Assembly: GCA_973895155.1 (NCBI GenBank)
Contig: OZ316898.1
Coordinates: 13,047,659-13,111,658 of the forward strand
Source of the DNA: Marsupella aquatica
Lineage: Eukaryota; Plantae; Marchantiophyta
Length of the DNA: 64,000 bases
Direction: 5' to 3'
Position 1 is the stretch's first letter, and each line of letters opens with the position of its first letter. This document shows positions 38,101 to 49,872 of this stretch, piece after piece. The position numbers and the translations under genes are program-made. Below the pieces are notes generated by a model. That model did no database searches. It was given only the letters and a program-made list of their open reading frames with translations, and was not told where the DNA came from.

Positions 38101-40486
38101 TTACAACACATATTGATGCAATTGGAGTTGAAGACTATTTGTTAGACATGTAGTTTTATCAACTCTTTGGAACTTATCTCATTGACATTGGGCTCTCTGC
38201 AGGTGGGAGGCCAAATATGACACTCTGATTGGTTTTTGTGGTCATAAGGATGAGCACACTTGTGAATTTGGATTAGAAATTCTTGTAGGTGACGGTGAGG
38301 ATGGCTATAACAAGATTGTAAATACATTTGAGGATTTTAATAAGGGGATGTATGCTAGAGTTGTCATTGTGAATCCATTGCATGTTGGAATGCCAAAGTT
38401 GGTCCTCTGTGCTATATCAACCTGTAACAAATTCAAGGCAGAATGGGTACGAGAGCATTGGGTGCAATTGAAGGAATCTTGGGATGTGCATTGCAGAGAC
38501 TCTGTAGGTCCTTTGCTTGGGCATGCTAGTGATGGTGATGCAAGACGCAGGAAATTGATGTTAGAAGATTACAGAGGAGAAAATGGTTCTTACCCTAGAT
38601 TTTCTGTAGGGTGGGAAGGATGGCCTTACTCAGTTGCCATATTGCCTAATGGGGACCTCTATGGTTTTGGTGATCAAGACCAGCCTCACAATGGGAAAAA
38701 GTTGATAAACCCACTAGATCGAGTGTCCTCAATAATGGCACTTGGAGACCAACATGCTTCTCTGTTTCACGTTTGTACTGTGTACAATAGTTATCCAATT
38801 CATCAACATGGATTGAATTGGGATGATGTGAACAGATCTGACCGTTAGAATTGGGCTGGTCCCCAGAGGATAGCATCAGAAAAGGTGCGTGCATGTTTAG
38901 CAGATTTGCATCTAAGAACCGATCTGTTGTATGAACGAAGTTTGGGGACAGAGTTGTATTTGCAGATCTGTGCAGATTACATTGACATTTTCTACTCCCA
39001 GAGACATGATCTAAGGACTAGAGTGAAGCTGGCAGGAAAAGTTTCTTGGTTCTTTCGATTGTGGAGGTTGTGGTTAAGGTATGGTGATCATGCTGTAGGT
39101 GGAAATGTTGCTTCACATACAGAGAAAAATATGATTTCAATCCAAGCTTTTCATGATGTTAATATGTCTTGCCAGTTCATTGTGTTGCTTGTATGTGTAT
39201 TTCGTGACAAGTTTTCTCACTTGTGTATTCCATTTCATGAGTTGGGTTCTGATTGTTGTGAGATCTTTTTCAGCAAGGTAGGTGGAATGAGTGGCCATGA
39301 GAGAAATTATGATTTTGGTTCTTTGTTGGACAGTGCTGTTGGGTTGAATCGTCTTGCTGGATTAGAATGTGGACCAGAGGGCTTGAAAGTAGCTTGATCA
39401 CATAAAAAGTAAGATCATGTGTGGGCCAAGCTTCATCCTTTACTTGAAGGTGAAGATGCACCTAATCTTTTTGATTACTCTGAAGTGCAAACTAATGAGT
39501 TGGTGGTTGCAGCCTTGAAAGAAGGATTTGAAGAAGCAAAAGAGTTGCTTAGAATGTTGCAAATGTCTCCCCGAAGTGATCTGCCAGCATCAAGAAAGCG
39601 GTGGTGGACTCACCCTTGGCATGTGGAAGTTGAAACATGGCCAGATTCAGCTATCATAGTAGAAGCAATTGTTGTTGACGATTCTGAAGACCATGTAGAG
39701 CACAGATCTCCAATTGGACCTCGACTAGAAGGAGAGTTTCATGAATTTAAAGACCCTGAGGACGATCTAAATCAAATTGATGCATGGTTGATAGATGATG
39801 TAACCATTCCTGATGATGTTTTGCAGGATGGGGCCGAGTTAGACATACCAGAATCTCATTCTGTAGAGGTAGATACTTTGGGGCATGAGGTTCGTCATGT
39901 GTTGTCTTCTGTTGTGGCTGACCTTACAGAGTCTACTCAGAGCCCTCTACAGGAAAAGAGGAAGGTTTTGCCTACAGTTACCTATGAGGGCAGAACAATT
40001 TACAAATCTACTTTGGTGAGTCAACTAGTGGGCAACCCTCATTTGTCTAAGGATAGGCTCACAAGGGTGAAGCAAGTGGCATACTATAATCTTGGTAAGA
40101 GGAAACAATGTGATCCAAATATTGTGACCTGTTTTGTTGATGTTGGAAGTGATTGTGGAGTAGCATTTGAAAGTGCTAATGTTGCAGGCCCTTCTACAAG
40201 ATCAAAGAAAGGGAAAGGTAAAGGAAGAGGTAAAGCTAGGACTCAGGAACCAGAAGTGCAAGCCAAGAAAGAATTTTGGCTTGGTCGTATTATGATGATG
40301 AGACAGAAAGTTAAGGGACAATGGACTAGAGTGAGATCTGCTATTGATTTGCTTGACAGGCCAACACCTCCTCATGGACACATAGGGAGTATTTGTCAGT
40401 TCTTATTTAATTGGTATAAGCCAATAAGCTCAAGCAAGGTTGAATTTGTTGGGTATTTACTCTTACGTCTAGGTTAGGTATGACGT

Positions 40487-40665
40487 GGTTGGTACAACAA
40501 TGTGGGTTGGTACAACAATCTGGTTAGGTACAACAATGTGGTTAGGTACAACTACGTGATTAGGTACAATAATGTGGTTAGGTACAACTACGTGATTAGG
40601 TACAACTACGTGATTAGGTACAACAATGTGGTTAGGTACAACTACGTGATTAGGTACAACAATGT
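40487..40665. repeat. 18-bp tandem array within the 5' LTR (10 units; 7 units in the 3' LTR at ~46154-46278)
   Basis: Units G(G/A)TTAGGTACAAC(A/T)A(T/C)GT, counted directly. Confidence 0.92.
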
Positions 40666-41688
40666 GGTTAGGTTAACTAAGTTGCACACTATATCATAAG
40701 AGGCACGTGTGCTTGGAGATGTAGAACCAAGGCTCATTGTTATGGAGCCACTTGAGAGATAGGGAGAGCTTACACTGTGGAGACTCGGTACAGCCGACGG
40801 GCTTAGAGTTCAGTAAAGCTCTCTTGTGTGTTCCCGTGGACGTAGCCTCAAGGAGATGAACCACGTATCTCTTGTGTCGACTACTTGCATGTTGGATATG
40901 TCATGTGCTTACCATTGCGATTATCGTCTATACTCAATAATTGGTATCAGAGCATGCCTGGGAGGTGACGTGTGTTCGTGACGGGATTTCGTGACGGTTT
41001 TTTCCAGCGTTGAGTGTCGGTGGATTTCCCGGAGTTCTGTCGCATGGAACTTGGAGTTTATGGGCTCAACGGATAGATCAGGGCAAGGGCTTTCTAATAG
41101 TGTGAAGAAATCGTTGAACGAAGCTTGTGGTGCGAAGAGATCTAAGTTTTTATCGTTCTAGATTTTGTGAAGAAAGTCGGCAACATTCGTGTTCGACGGT
41201 TTTTTGGAGGTTGTTTTTTCGACGGTGTGAGCTCTACGGCGAAGGAAGCGTCGCATGTTATAGCTCCATTTGTAGATCGGGACGAGCTGATCATTTCGGT
41301 AGCTGGTTTGTTGCCGAGTGTATAACGAGTATGTCACAACGAGCAAAAGAAGCGTTCTGATTTTTTGACCGGCTATGGAGTCTTCTTTTGCCTGAGCGGG
41401 GTTTCTTGGTGTTGCAATCGACTCGGAGGGAGAAGCGTCAAGTGTTTTGACTCAACAGAGAGATTGAGGCAAGACAATTGTTTTGAGTCCGGGATTGGCT
41501 CTTGATGCGAAGAGGAAGGCTAAGAAAAATCATTTACCTTGTTGGACTTGGTGACGGCATCGAGTGTAATTCATCAACATTCGTTGTTGACAAGCATTGG
41601 AAAACTAGGCTCGTGGGCTACGTGGCAGTGATAACCTTTGAGTTTTTTGAGAGGTTAAGAAAAACATCATTTTTTCTTGATTTCTCAC

Positions 41689-44600
41689 ATGAGTGACTTG
41701 GAGGAGGGTTCTATTGAGTCACCGGAGAGAACAGAGGAGGAAGCAGAAGATCTAGCGAAATTGTGGTCACCGGTATTGCGGCGAATGACAAGAAAAAGGA
41801 TGGGGACAATCAAGCTTGGAGGTCCCAAGTTTGAGGTTACAAAATACGATGGCCGCACGGACTACTTGTTGTGGGAGCGACAAGTGAAGGGGGTACTCCG
41901 TGCGACCGGGCTTGGGAAATTGCTGAAGGACCAGCCAAATGATGTCGACAATGATGATTGGCAGGACATGCAGGAGCAGGCTGTGAGCACCATGATGCAC
42001 TATCTTCAGCCTAATGTCATCAAGCAATTGGCAGACCATGTCAATTGTGCATCATTGTTTTCCGCGTTGGAGCAAAAGTACCATCAAAAGGAGCTATCGA
42101 ATCGGCTCTACACATCTTTGAAGCTTATGAGCTTCAAGATGAAGGAGGGAAGTGCAAAGATTCAGGACCATATCGATGGTTTCAACGACCTGGTCGTTGA
42201 TTTGCAAAATCTGGGGGAGGATTTGAGTGATGAGCGGCAGGCTTTTCACTTGCTTAGCTCTTTACCCTTGTCGTATCAGTCATTGTCATGAGTGCTGCTT
42301 CATCGTGACAGGAAGACTATCACTTACAATGAAGTTGTAAGTGCTCTGTTGACTGATGACTTGCAGCAGAAATTGACCATGCCCTCTCAGCCATCATCAT
42401 CGTCTGGTGCTGCCTTGAATGTGAATCGTGGGAGGTCACAGAAGCATCCAGAGCACCACACGAATGGCAGGGGAAGAAGTAAATCTAGGACAAGATTTGC
42501 TTCAAGGGGGAAGTCCCAAGAGAGGAAGCCGATGGTATGCTGGAAGTGTGGCAAGACTGGCCACATTAAGAAGGATTGTAAGGGTAAGGCAGCTGAATCT
42601 TCATCAGCCAATGTGGCTAGTGTTGATGGAGAAGTTGATTTACTCAACGATGAGTATGTTTTATGAAGTCAGGAGTATGCCCTGTGCACATCATCTAGGA
42701 GAGCAAATGATGTGTGGATTCTTGATTGTGCTTGCTCCTTTCACATTTGTTACATTCGCGAGTATTTCAATTCTTATTCTATGTCAAACGGTTCAGTTTT
42801 GATGGGAAATGATCACTCCTGTCAAGTTGAGGGTATTGGGTCTGTAAAGATTCAAATGTTTGATGGCATTGTGCGCACAGTGTCCGGAGTCAGGTTTGTA
42901 CCTGGCATGCGTAAGAATTTGATTTCACTTGGTGTGTTGGATACAAATGGTCATCAATGGCGAGTAATTGATGGTGAACTTCAAGTCATGTCGGTAGAGA
43001 TAGTGATTTTGAAGGGGCGCAGATAAAAGAATTTGTATGTGTTGCAGGGCAATACAGTATGTGGAGAGGCCAATGTGACCAAGTCTCACGAGGAAATGAC
43101 TCAACTATGGCATTCACGGCTAGGCCACATGAGTGAGAAGGGTTTGGCTATCTTGCAGAAGAATGGGCTCATTTCTAATTTGCAGTCTTGTAAATTGGAT
43201 TTATGTGAGCATTGCATTTTTGGAAAGCAACATCGTCGTGCTTTCGGTATCGGAACTCATCATTCCAAAGCGGTTCTTGAGTACATACATAGTGACGTGT
43301 GGGGACCATCCTCGACTCCCTCACATTCTAGAAAATTGTACTATGTATCCTTTATTGATGATTACTCAAGATTTGTATGGATTTATTTCATGACGCATAA
43401 GTCTGATGTCTTGTCCATTTTTACAAAGTGGAAGGCCCAAGTAGAGAATCAGATAGGAAACACGGTTAAGTATTTGGATACAAGGGTGAAGAGTCTAAGG
43501 TCAGACAACGGCGGGGAGTTATCCCCTACAGAACAGGGGATAACTCGTCATCTCACCACAGTTTATACTCCACAGCAGAATGGTATAGCTGAGAGGCTCA
43601 ATCAAACATGTATTGGAGCGGTCACGGAGTATGCTGAGCCAATCAGGTTTACCACAGGAATTTTGGGCAAAAGCTGTCAATACTGCAGCTTATTTGGTAA
43701 ATCTTTCTCCTTCTAGTGCAATCAATTTCAAAACGCCGTTTGAAATGCGTTATAAGCGGCAAGTAGACTATCATGGCTTGGTAGTTTTTGGAAGTGATGC
43801 ATATGCTCTCACACCAAAGCAGAATAGGACCAAGTTGGATCCTACATCCAAGAAATGTATTTTTCTTGGGTATCAGAGTGGTGTGAAGGCCTACAGGTTA
43901 TGGGATCTTATTGCCTGTAAGCTCGTTGTTAGTAGGGATGTTTCTTTCAATGAATCCAGATTATTGAAGGAGGGGGAGAATACTCAGGTTTCCCGTACTG
44001 ACAAAGGAAAATCTCCTATCCCGAATCTCGTTGAGGGGGAGATTGATCATGAAGTGCATGATCGAAGAGAAGGAGGTGCTCCAAGCATGGAGCTGGTTCC
44101 TGTGCCAGAGGAACAAAAGGAGTTTATTGATGCTGGTGAGCAGCAAATGGATGCTGCTGAGCTTCAAATTGTACCAGTAGACGTAATTCAACTGGAGTCA
44201 TCGGCTAGAAGAACATCTGGTCGTACTGTACGCGCTCCTCCTAGGTATGGACAGTGGGTTGATTCATCTCAACTGCAAGAGGATGATTTTGCAGCTGATG
44301 ATGAGGGTGATGCGTTAATTTTGGAAGAATGGGAACCTTCTTCATTTCATGAGGCAAGTGCTTCAAAGGAGAAGCAGAAGTGGACTGCATCAATGCAAAC
44401 GGAGATGCAGTCACTAAAGGACAACAAAACTTGGGAGCTTGTTAAGCTGCCTAAGGGTCGATCAACAAGTGGTGGACAGCAAGTGGATTTACAAGGTGAA
44501 GGATAATTCCACGAGAGATGGATCGAAGGTCTACAAGGCTAGGTTGGTAGCAAAGGGATTCACACAAGAGAAAGGTGTGGATTATAATGAGGTCTTCTCA

Positions 44601-45923
44601 CCAGTTGCTAAATACTCTACAATACGGCTATTGTGTGTACTTATTGTAATATTTGGTCTGCTGCTAGATCAGATGGATGTTGTCACAGCTTTCCTCTATG
44701 GCACCTTGGAAGAGGTGATCTTCATGAGACAACCGCTAGGTTTTGTGAAGAGAGGACAGGAGGAATTGGTTTGCAGATTGCTGAAATCCTTGTATGGGTT
44801 GAAGCAGTCACCAAGACAGTGGAATAAGCGGTTTGACGATTGGATTCGGTCACAAGGTTTTCACAGAAGTGTATTTGACCCTTGTGTGTATTTGAAACCG
44901 GTGAAGAATGTTGTCTTTGGGTTCATTGTATTAGTACTTTATGTGGATGACATGCTTATTGCGGCCAAGGATAGGTCTGAGATTGTTAAGCTTAATGCAC
45001 TGCTCAGTGCAGAGTTTAAGATGAAGGACCTGGGGCCAGCTAAGAGGATTTTGGGTATGGAGATCACTAGGGACTTGGAGGCTGGTAAGCTATGGTTGAC
45101 ACAGAGCAGTTATGCGAGGAAGGTAATTGTTAGGTTCAACATGGGAGATAGCAAGCCAGTAAGTACCCCTTTGGCTGCACACTTCAAATTGTCATCAGCT
45201 TTCTATCCCACAGATGCGACAGAGAAGGGGCTGATGTCAAAGGTTCCTTATGATAAGGCAGTGGGAAGTCTCATGTATTTGATGACTTGCACTAGACCTG
45301 ATCTTGCCATGGCTATGGGCAAGGTGAGTAGGTACATGTCAAATCCAGGGAAGGTACATTGGGAAGCAATGAAGTGGATTATCAGGTACTTGAAGGGTAC
45401 GGTGGATCATGGTCTTTTATTTGATGCGAATGCAAAGAATGCTAGATCATTGATTGGCTATGTAGATTCTGACTATGGACAAGATTTGGACCGAAGAAGA
45501 TCAACAACAGGATACGTGTTCACACTTGGCGGTGGATGCATAAGTTGGAGGCCTACTTTGCAGAAGTGTATTGCTCAGTCTACTACAGAAGTGGAGTATG
45601 TTGCAACTGCGGAAGCAGCAAAGGAAGCGATTTGGTTGGATAGACTTATCACTGAAATGGGATTGCCATAGGGGAATGTGAAGCTCCATTGTGATAGTCA
45701 AAGTGCGCTCCACCTTGCTGTGAACCAGGTGATGGATAGCAGAGTGAAGCACATTGACGTCAGATACCATTTTATCAGGCAGGCTGTGTCTGATAATTTG
45801 TTTGAGCTAGTCAAGATTGATGATAAACTCAACCCGGCTGACGCATTTACCAAAGTGATTCCTTTGGAGAGTTTCTCTAGACACCGTGACGTATTGCAGG
45901 TTTTGCAATTGCATCACAAGTAG
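41689..45923 (+). pseudogene. Copia gag-pol polyprotein (gag, CCHC knuckle, protease, GAG-pre-integrase, integrase, RT, RNase H) with stops and frameshifts
   Basis: CWKCGKTGHIKKDC; WILDCACSFH; LWHSRLGHMSEKG; HSDVWGP, RSDNGGE, PQQNGIAER; YKARLVAKGFTQ; LYGLKQSPRQW; YVDDMLI; GYVDSDYG; KHIDVRYHFIR. Confidence 0.95.
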
Positions 45924-48900
45924 AGTTTTCTTAACATTCATTGTAATTACTGATATATGCTCTTCCTCATTCCTATGTATTAGGCTACGGCTTAGTTCTG
46001 GTTTGCTCTAGTTAGAGAGGGAAACCGGTTTGGTTTTTGTCCAAAACTTCCCGCTGAGGGATCATATACATTTGCAGTATTACTCTCCCCTAGACCAGAG
46101 TCAAGGGGAAGATTGTTGGGTATTTACTCTTACGTCTAGGTTAGGTATGACGTGGTTGGTACAACAACGTGGGTTGGTACAACAACCTGGTTAGGTACAA
46201 CAATGTGGTTAGGTACAACTACGTGATTAGGACAACAATGTGGTTAGGTACAACTACGTGATTAGGTACAACAATGTGGTTAGGTTAACTAAGTTGCACA
46301 CTATATCATAAGAGGCACGTGTGCTTGGAGATGTAGAACCAAGGCTCATTGTTATGGAGCCACTTGAGAGATAGGGAGAGCTTACACTGTGGAGACCCGG
46401 TACAGCCAACGGGCTTAGAGTTCATTAAAGCTCTCTTGTGTGTTCCCATGGACGTAGCCTCAAGGAGGTGAACCACGTATCTCTTGTGTCGACTACTTGC
46501 ATGTTGGATATGTCATGTGCTTACCGTTGCGATTATCGTCTATACTCAACAGAATTCACTTATGATATGACTGATTTACAATGGATTGATATAGAAATGG
46601 TGATGACTAATGTTACTCTAAGCATGAAACAAGGGATTGGCTTAGTGTATGTGTTAGATCGAGTTGACAAACAAGCTTTGGATACTTATCTAGAGACCAT
46701 GTCTAGAGTTGAATGATGTGCATGCACCAAAACTCATGGTAGTGGTTTAAGTAGGTACAAGGATAGGCTAGGGGAATATGCTAGGGGGTGGCAGATTTGG
46801 ATATTTGGGCTTCTTGCTCAATCAGGGGTTCAATTCCCCTCTGCCACATACACTCATTCAGATTTTTTACTCAATTTTCTTTTGGTGCACCTACCGTTCA
46901 CATGAGACAAGCATAGGAGATTGCAAATATGAACAACTCATACTGTATATTGCTTAAGCTTCTACTAGAATTGAGATTCTAAGTAGTGGAAGTATCTGCA
47001 CTATATACTATAAGTTTTTTATGATAAGATATGGATGTCAAAGGAGCATAGTAGGGCTTGAATGAGCTTCACAAAGACTCAAATAATCTTGACAAACACT
47101 CAAAAAAGGTGCGCATTTGAAAGAACTTTTCTTTTCTTAGTAAGGTATGTTTTAATGATGGCAAAACTTTACTTAACCTTTTTTAGGGGTCAAAATTTAA
47201 GGATTTGGAATTCTTCTAAAGTATGATAGGGAGGGGAAATTTATTTTTTTACTTAATAAGCTAGGGTCGCAGGGGACCAAAATGTCGAGCATGGTATGAG
47301 GGCCTCTGTATACTGAGGCCCCCGAGATTAATGCTCCTATTGCGGAAAGGTATGGGGTTTCTGGTCCTAATAGTGGTTCATGTTCTTTGCGCTTGCGAAA
47401 AACATCAGTATTGTTTTCTAATGAACGTACAACCATTGGTGACGTCAATGGGTGTGCTAGGTTCATATTGAACTCTTTTAGGATCTTTTCGGTTTGTTGG
47501 ATTGTGCAGTAATGAAGTTTTGCAGTTTGTGCAGTTATAGGTGATGATTTACTCATGCCCTGGTTAAGTGCACATGCGGCTTTGTATAGTTGAGTTTTCT
47601 TTGTTACGGTGTGCAGTTATGAATGTTTTGCGGTTATGTGCGCTTATTTGGTTAAGTGCAAAATTTCCTTTGTAATCAAGATTTCTTTGACAGATTGTGC
47701 GCTTAGGGATTTTGCACTTAAATGTGCGTTTATGGTTAAGTGCAACTTTTCCTTTGTATCTGAAATCTCTTTGACGGATATTGCAATTAAAGAGGGTTTT
47801 GCACTTAGCAGCGGTTTCTCGATGTTTTTTGATTGATGTTGCGAAATTTTGATTTCAACGACCTCCTTCCAAGCTCCTCTACGGTCTTTGCTATAGCTCC
47901 AGCCTTCCGTGACTGTTATTGCTTCGATTCTTTCATTTTTGTCCTCCTCTTCTAATTGTTTTGTTTTTTTCTCAGGTTCCAATCCTGTGTGTTATGTCCT
48001 TATGGGGATTGAGGTGGTGGCTGCCTCTCTCTCACCCTTTCGAATCTCAGTGCCTCCGCTTCAACTTCGAGCTCTCTTCCTCTATTTGTTGTCGTTGTTC
48101 GATCAGGTTTCCAGGGGTTTGCGCTTGTCCTTCAGATTCCAATCGGCCTCTGCAACGATTTGTGCTCTCTTTCTGTTTGTGGCTTTGATCAGTTTCTGCT
48201 TCTAAAGTTTTCTCTTTTACTTTGTTAATCTGCCTCCTTGCTGCCCCGGTCGTTAACTGCTTATGATCGATATGCTGCAGTTTCGATTCGATGAATGGGT
48301 CCCGTTGCCTCTTTTTCTTCTCAAAATAATTTTCTTGCAGAATCGGTCCTCACAGTGCCTCTCGTCCATTCTTTCTCTTCAGAAGGTGATTTCGATTGGA
48401 CTCTTTTCAATTCTCAGTTGTCCATGCTGTTCTGATCAATTTTCTTCTCAGCATGCTTCTCCTTATTGTGTTCTTGATCCGCATCGATCTTTTCGCTTCT
48501 CGGTGTCCTTATGAATCAGTGCGTTTCTGCTTCTTCCGCCTTTTTAATTTTCATATGCTTCTGGCTGGGTCTCTTTAATTTCTTCTTACTCGATTGTGAC
48601 TCAATTCGCCATAGGTTTTCTTCTCGATTCTCCTTTTGCTCCGCTCGGTGAGCTTTCGTGCTGATAACGTGTCATGGAATGAATGCAATGAATGTCTGTA
48701 TAGTCAAGAATGTGTGTACATATAGTGGGGTCGGATGACCGGCTGGTCCGGTCATCCGGTCAGAGGAGGTAGAGTCTAACATTTGGAAGTTAGTTAATTT
48801 TTAGTTATCTTGCATGGACCCCAATTTCTATTTTGCACAATGATATCTTTCACTCAAATTTTTTTTGTGTAATAATGTATTTTAACAATTATTATTTTTA

Positions 48901-49179
48901 TTCAACGATTATCTTTTGCACCACATACGATCTATTTCTCAACAACATCTTTAACCAAACAACATCTATTATGCAACGAACAGGGATTGAAAGGATATCG
49001 AGAGAATGGTCATCTTTGCTAAACCCTAAAACACTAAATCTGAAACCGATAATATAACGTTGCTCCAATTTATAGTGGTAGCCATTCAAATGCATGGGCA
49101 TTTTGGGTAAAAAAACAAAACAAAGAAAAAGAAAAAGACTCACTCCTTCTTAGTTTCCTTGATTTTTTATTTTATAACA

Positions 49180-49872
49180 TCTTTCACAGAAGGATAGCTT
49201 GGGTGAAACAACACCATTTTTCTTTTTAACATCTTTTACTTGACGATATCTTTGGCAAAATGACACCTTTTTCTTAATAACATCTTTCACACAATGGCAT
49301 GTTTGGCAAAACTACTTTTTTTAAGACATCTTTTTACTTTGTGACATCTTTCACTTAACAACATCTTGGGCAACACAACATCTTATTTCTTAACAACATC
49401 TTTTGTCCAACGCACGGATATTTTCCGTGAACGATGTCTTGGCCGACACAACGTTTTTTCTCAACATCTTCGCCAACATGACAATTTTTTCTCAACGACA
49501 TCTTGGCCGACACAACGTCTTTTTTCTCAACGACTTCTTGGCCGACATGACATTTTTTTGCTCAATGATCTCTTGGCCAACACGACATCTTTTTTTCTCA
49601 ACGTCTTCTTGGCCAACACAACTTCTTTTCTCTCAATGACGTCTTGGCCGACATGACATCTTTACTCTCAACGACCTCTTGGGCGACACGACATCATTTC
49701 TCTCAACGACCTCTTGGGTAACACAACATCTTTTCTCTCCACAACCTCTTGGGCAACATGACATCTTTTCTCCCCACGACCTCCTAGGCAACACTACATC
49801 TTTTTTCTCCACGACCTCTTGGCTGACACTACATCATTTTTTCTCAATGACATCTTGGCCGACACGACTTCT
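49180..49872. repeat. Degenerate ~35-bp minisatellite inside the Helitron 3' arm
   Basis: Repeated TCTTGG(C/G)C(G/A)ACAC(A/G)ACATCTTTT..TCTCAACGAC units. Confidence 0.85.

Larger units (their letters stand above)
40447..46551 (+). mobile_element. Full-length, degenerate Ty1/Copia LTR retrotransposon (Tork/Tnt1-like)
   Basis: LTRs 40447-40939 and 46114-46551. TSD GAATT (40442-40446, 46552-46556). PBS TGGTATCAGAGC (tRNA-iMet) at 40942-40953. PPT AAGGGGAAGA at 46103-46112. Confidence 0.97.
36035..46716 (+). pseudogene. P-element/THAP9-like DDE transposase, ~1486 aa reconstructed; segments 36035-38091, 38203-40446 and 46557-46716
   Basis: Six ORF-track pieces are all in one frame, with a 111-nt GT-AG intron (38092-38202) and five premature stops. 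Motifs AEDET (D at 38063), ASDGD (D at 38531), DQPHNGKKLIN (DxxH) and GSDCCEIFFSKV (E at 39260). The frame resumes after the Copia insertion (KVEF|TYDMTD...VE*). Confidence 0.8.
31412..47326 (+). mobile_element. Large TIR DNA transposon, P-superfamily-like (~9.5 kb without its nested inserts), carrying a transposase gene and a PHD-finger gene
   Basis: 8-bp TSD ATTAATGC (31404-31411, 47327-47334). Imperfect 15-bp TIRs CCCGGGGTCCTCACT / AGTATACTGAGGCCCCCGAG-end (reverse complement CTCGGGGGCCTCAGT, 12/15 match). It interrupts the Copia RT codons. Confidence 0.9.
30710..47495 (-). pseudogene. Copia RT C-terminus/RNase H, split by the DNA transposon (parts ~47495-47327 and 31411-30710)
   Basis: EKILKEFNM...LGPETPYLSAIGA|LMYLANQTRPDIAFAVNLLAR...GYADAGYLSD...FEDNATCI...ADLFTKSL. 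The reading frame rejoins exactly when 31412-47326 and one TSD copy are removed. Confidence 0.9.
30268..48781 (-). mobile_element. Internally deleted Ty1/Copia LTR retrotransposon (Bianca-like), 112-bp LTRs, ~2.6 kb without nested inserts
   Basis: LTRs 30268-30379 and 48670-48781 (TG...CA, 111/112 identical). 5-bp TSD TTTGG (30263-30267, 48782-48786). Minus-strand PBS CGTTATCAGCACG next to 48670 and PPT AAAGGGAAG next to 30379. Confidence 0.93.

Noticed and set aside
40502-40699. ORF with RYNNVV/RYNYVI repeats
   Set aside because: It is a translation of the 18-bp LTR array, not a protein.
31404-47334. Kolobok/piggyBac assignment because the target contains TTAA
   Set aside because: The duplication is 8 bp (ATTAATGC), and the related MITE TSDs (ACCCCTGG) lack TTAA.
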